A stretch of 64,000 nt of DNA from an uncultured Desulfobacterales bacterium (GTDB taxonomy: Bacteria > Desulfobacterota > Desulfobacteria > Desulfobacterales > C00003060): the NCBI GenBank assembly GCA_964430705.1, contig CAYSGJ010000231.1, positions 3,245 through 67,244 of the forward strand. The letters run 5' to 3'. The translations under genes and the position numbers were made by a program. The notes under the pieces are model-generated. The model ran no database searches. It was given only the letters and a program-made list of their open reading frames with translations, and had not been told where the DNA came from. This document shows positions 63,695 to 64,000 of this stretch, one piece after another (the first letter of the stretch is position 1; every line of letters begins with the position of its first letter).

Positions 63695-64000
63695 ATGAGG
63701 GTGGCCAACAAATCCATTTATGATTCGATTCGGTTTCAATTGGGAAACATTACGGACGAATTGGCGAAAGCCAACGAAGTCGTTTCTACCACAAAACGAA
63801 TCAACCATCTTTCCGACGATCCGGTTGGACTCAATCAGGTCCTCAATATCAAATCGTATTTGTCGAATATCGATCAACTGAATCGAAACATCGGCATGGG
63901 AAAGTCCTGGATGGTCTCCGGCGAGAGTGCACTGACAAGCGTTGAAAATTTACTCGCTGATGCCAAGGCGCTATGTGTCCAAATGGCCAGCGCTACTGTT
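63695..64000 (+). CDS. flgL: flagellar hook-associated protein 3 FlgL, 5' part; runs off the right edge
   Basis: MRVANKSIYDSIRFQLGNITDELAKANEVVSTTKRINHLSDDPVG has a flagellin-like N-terminus and follows flgK. Confidence 0.8.
   Translation, partial: MRVANKSIYDSIRFQLGNITDELAKANEVVSTTKRINHLSDDPVGLNQVLNIKSYLSNIDQLNRNIGMGKSWMVSGESALTSVENLLADAKALCVQMASATV

Noticed and set aside
1-64000. Scan for CRISPR arrays, tRNA/rRNA genes, transposases and integrases
   Set aside because: I found no regularly spaced direct repeats, no cloverleaf-like or rRNA-like segments, and no DDE or tyrosine-recombinase-like translations. A covariance-model search (tRNAscan, Infernal) would be needed to exclude small RNAs.

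Overview
This 64-kb window comes from a Gram-negative, flagellated bacterium. Gene content and protein style suggest a Desulfobacterota/deltaproteobacterial lineage, but that is inference only. About 45 kb (2.7-48.2 kb) is one large type VI secretion system (T6SS) island between housekeeping genes (prs and a PagL-like gene on the left; rnhA and acs on the right).

The island holds all 13 core genes in one collinear block: tssJ-K-L-M-tagF, then tssA-B-C-hcp-tssE-F-G-clpV-vgrG.

Three things in the island are unusual:
- Head: ihfA, a 790-aa Zn-ribbon protein with six acidic [DE]TV[IVM][IL] repeats, and a 242-aa unknown protein sit upstream of tssJ.
- Cargo: a DUF4123 adaptor, PAAR, a 1051-aa HExxH metallopeptidase-like effector candidate and an overlapping putative immunity gene are followed by the most novel feature. 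This is a B12-binding radical SAM enzyme and SAM methyltransferases, translationally coupled to and bracketed by two paralogous DUF2169 adaptor genes.
- Regulation: the module looks rewired. It has an FHA-GAF-HisKA protein with an apparently degenerate ATPase domain, a Hanks kinase with a PEGA ectodomain, a secreted serine protease, and three exported proteins sharing one periplasmic module. No PP2C phosphatase or canonical Fha/TagH is visible.

Downstream of acs lies a structured intergenic region with a 283-bp palindromic MITE-like element. After it comes a decaying toxin-antitoxin islet: yefM-yoeB, phd-parE with a nonsense codon, hicB-hicA, an orphan brnA and a DNA-methylase remnant. The flagellar operons flgFGAHI-J and flgN-K-L follow.

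Sigma-54-type -24/-12 elements are visible upstream of tssA, acs and flgF. I recognised no rRNA, tRNA, CRISPR array, transposase or integrase. All family assignments come from reading motifs in the translations; no database search was possible.
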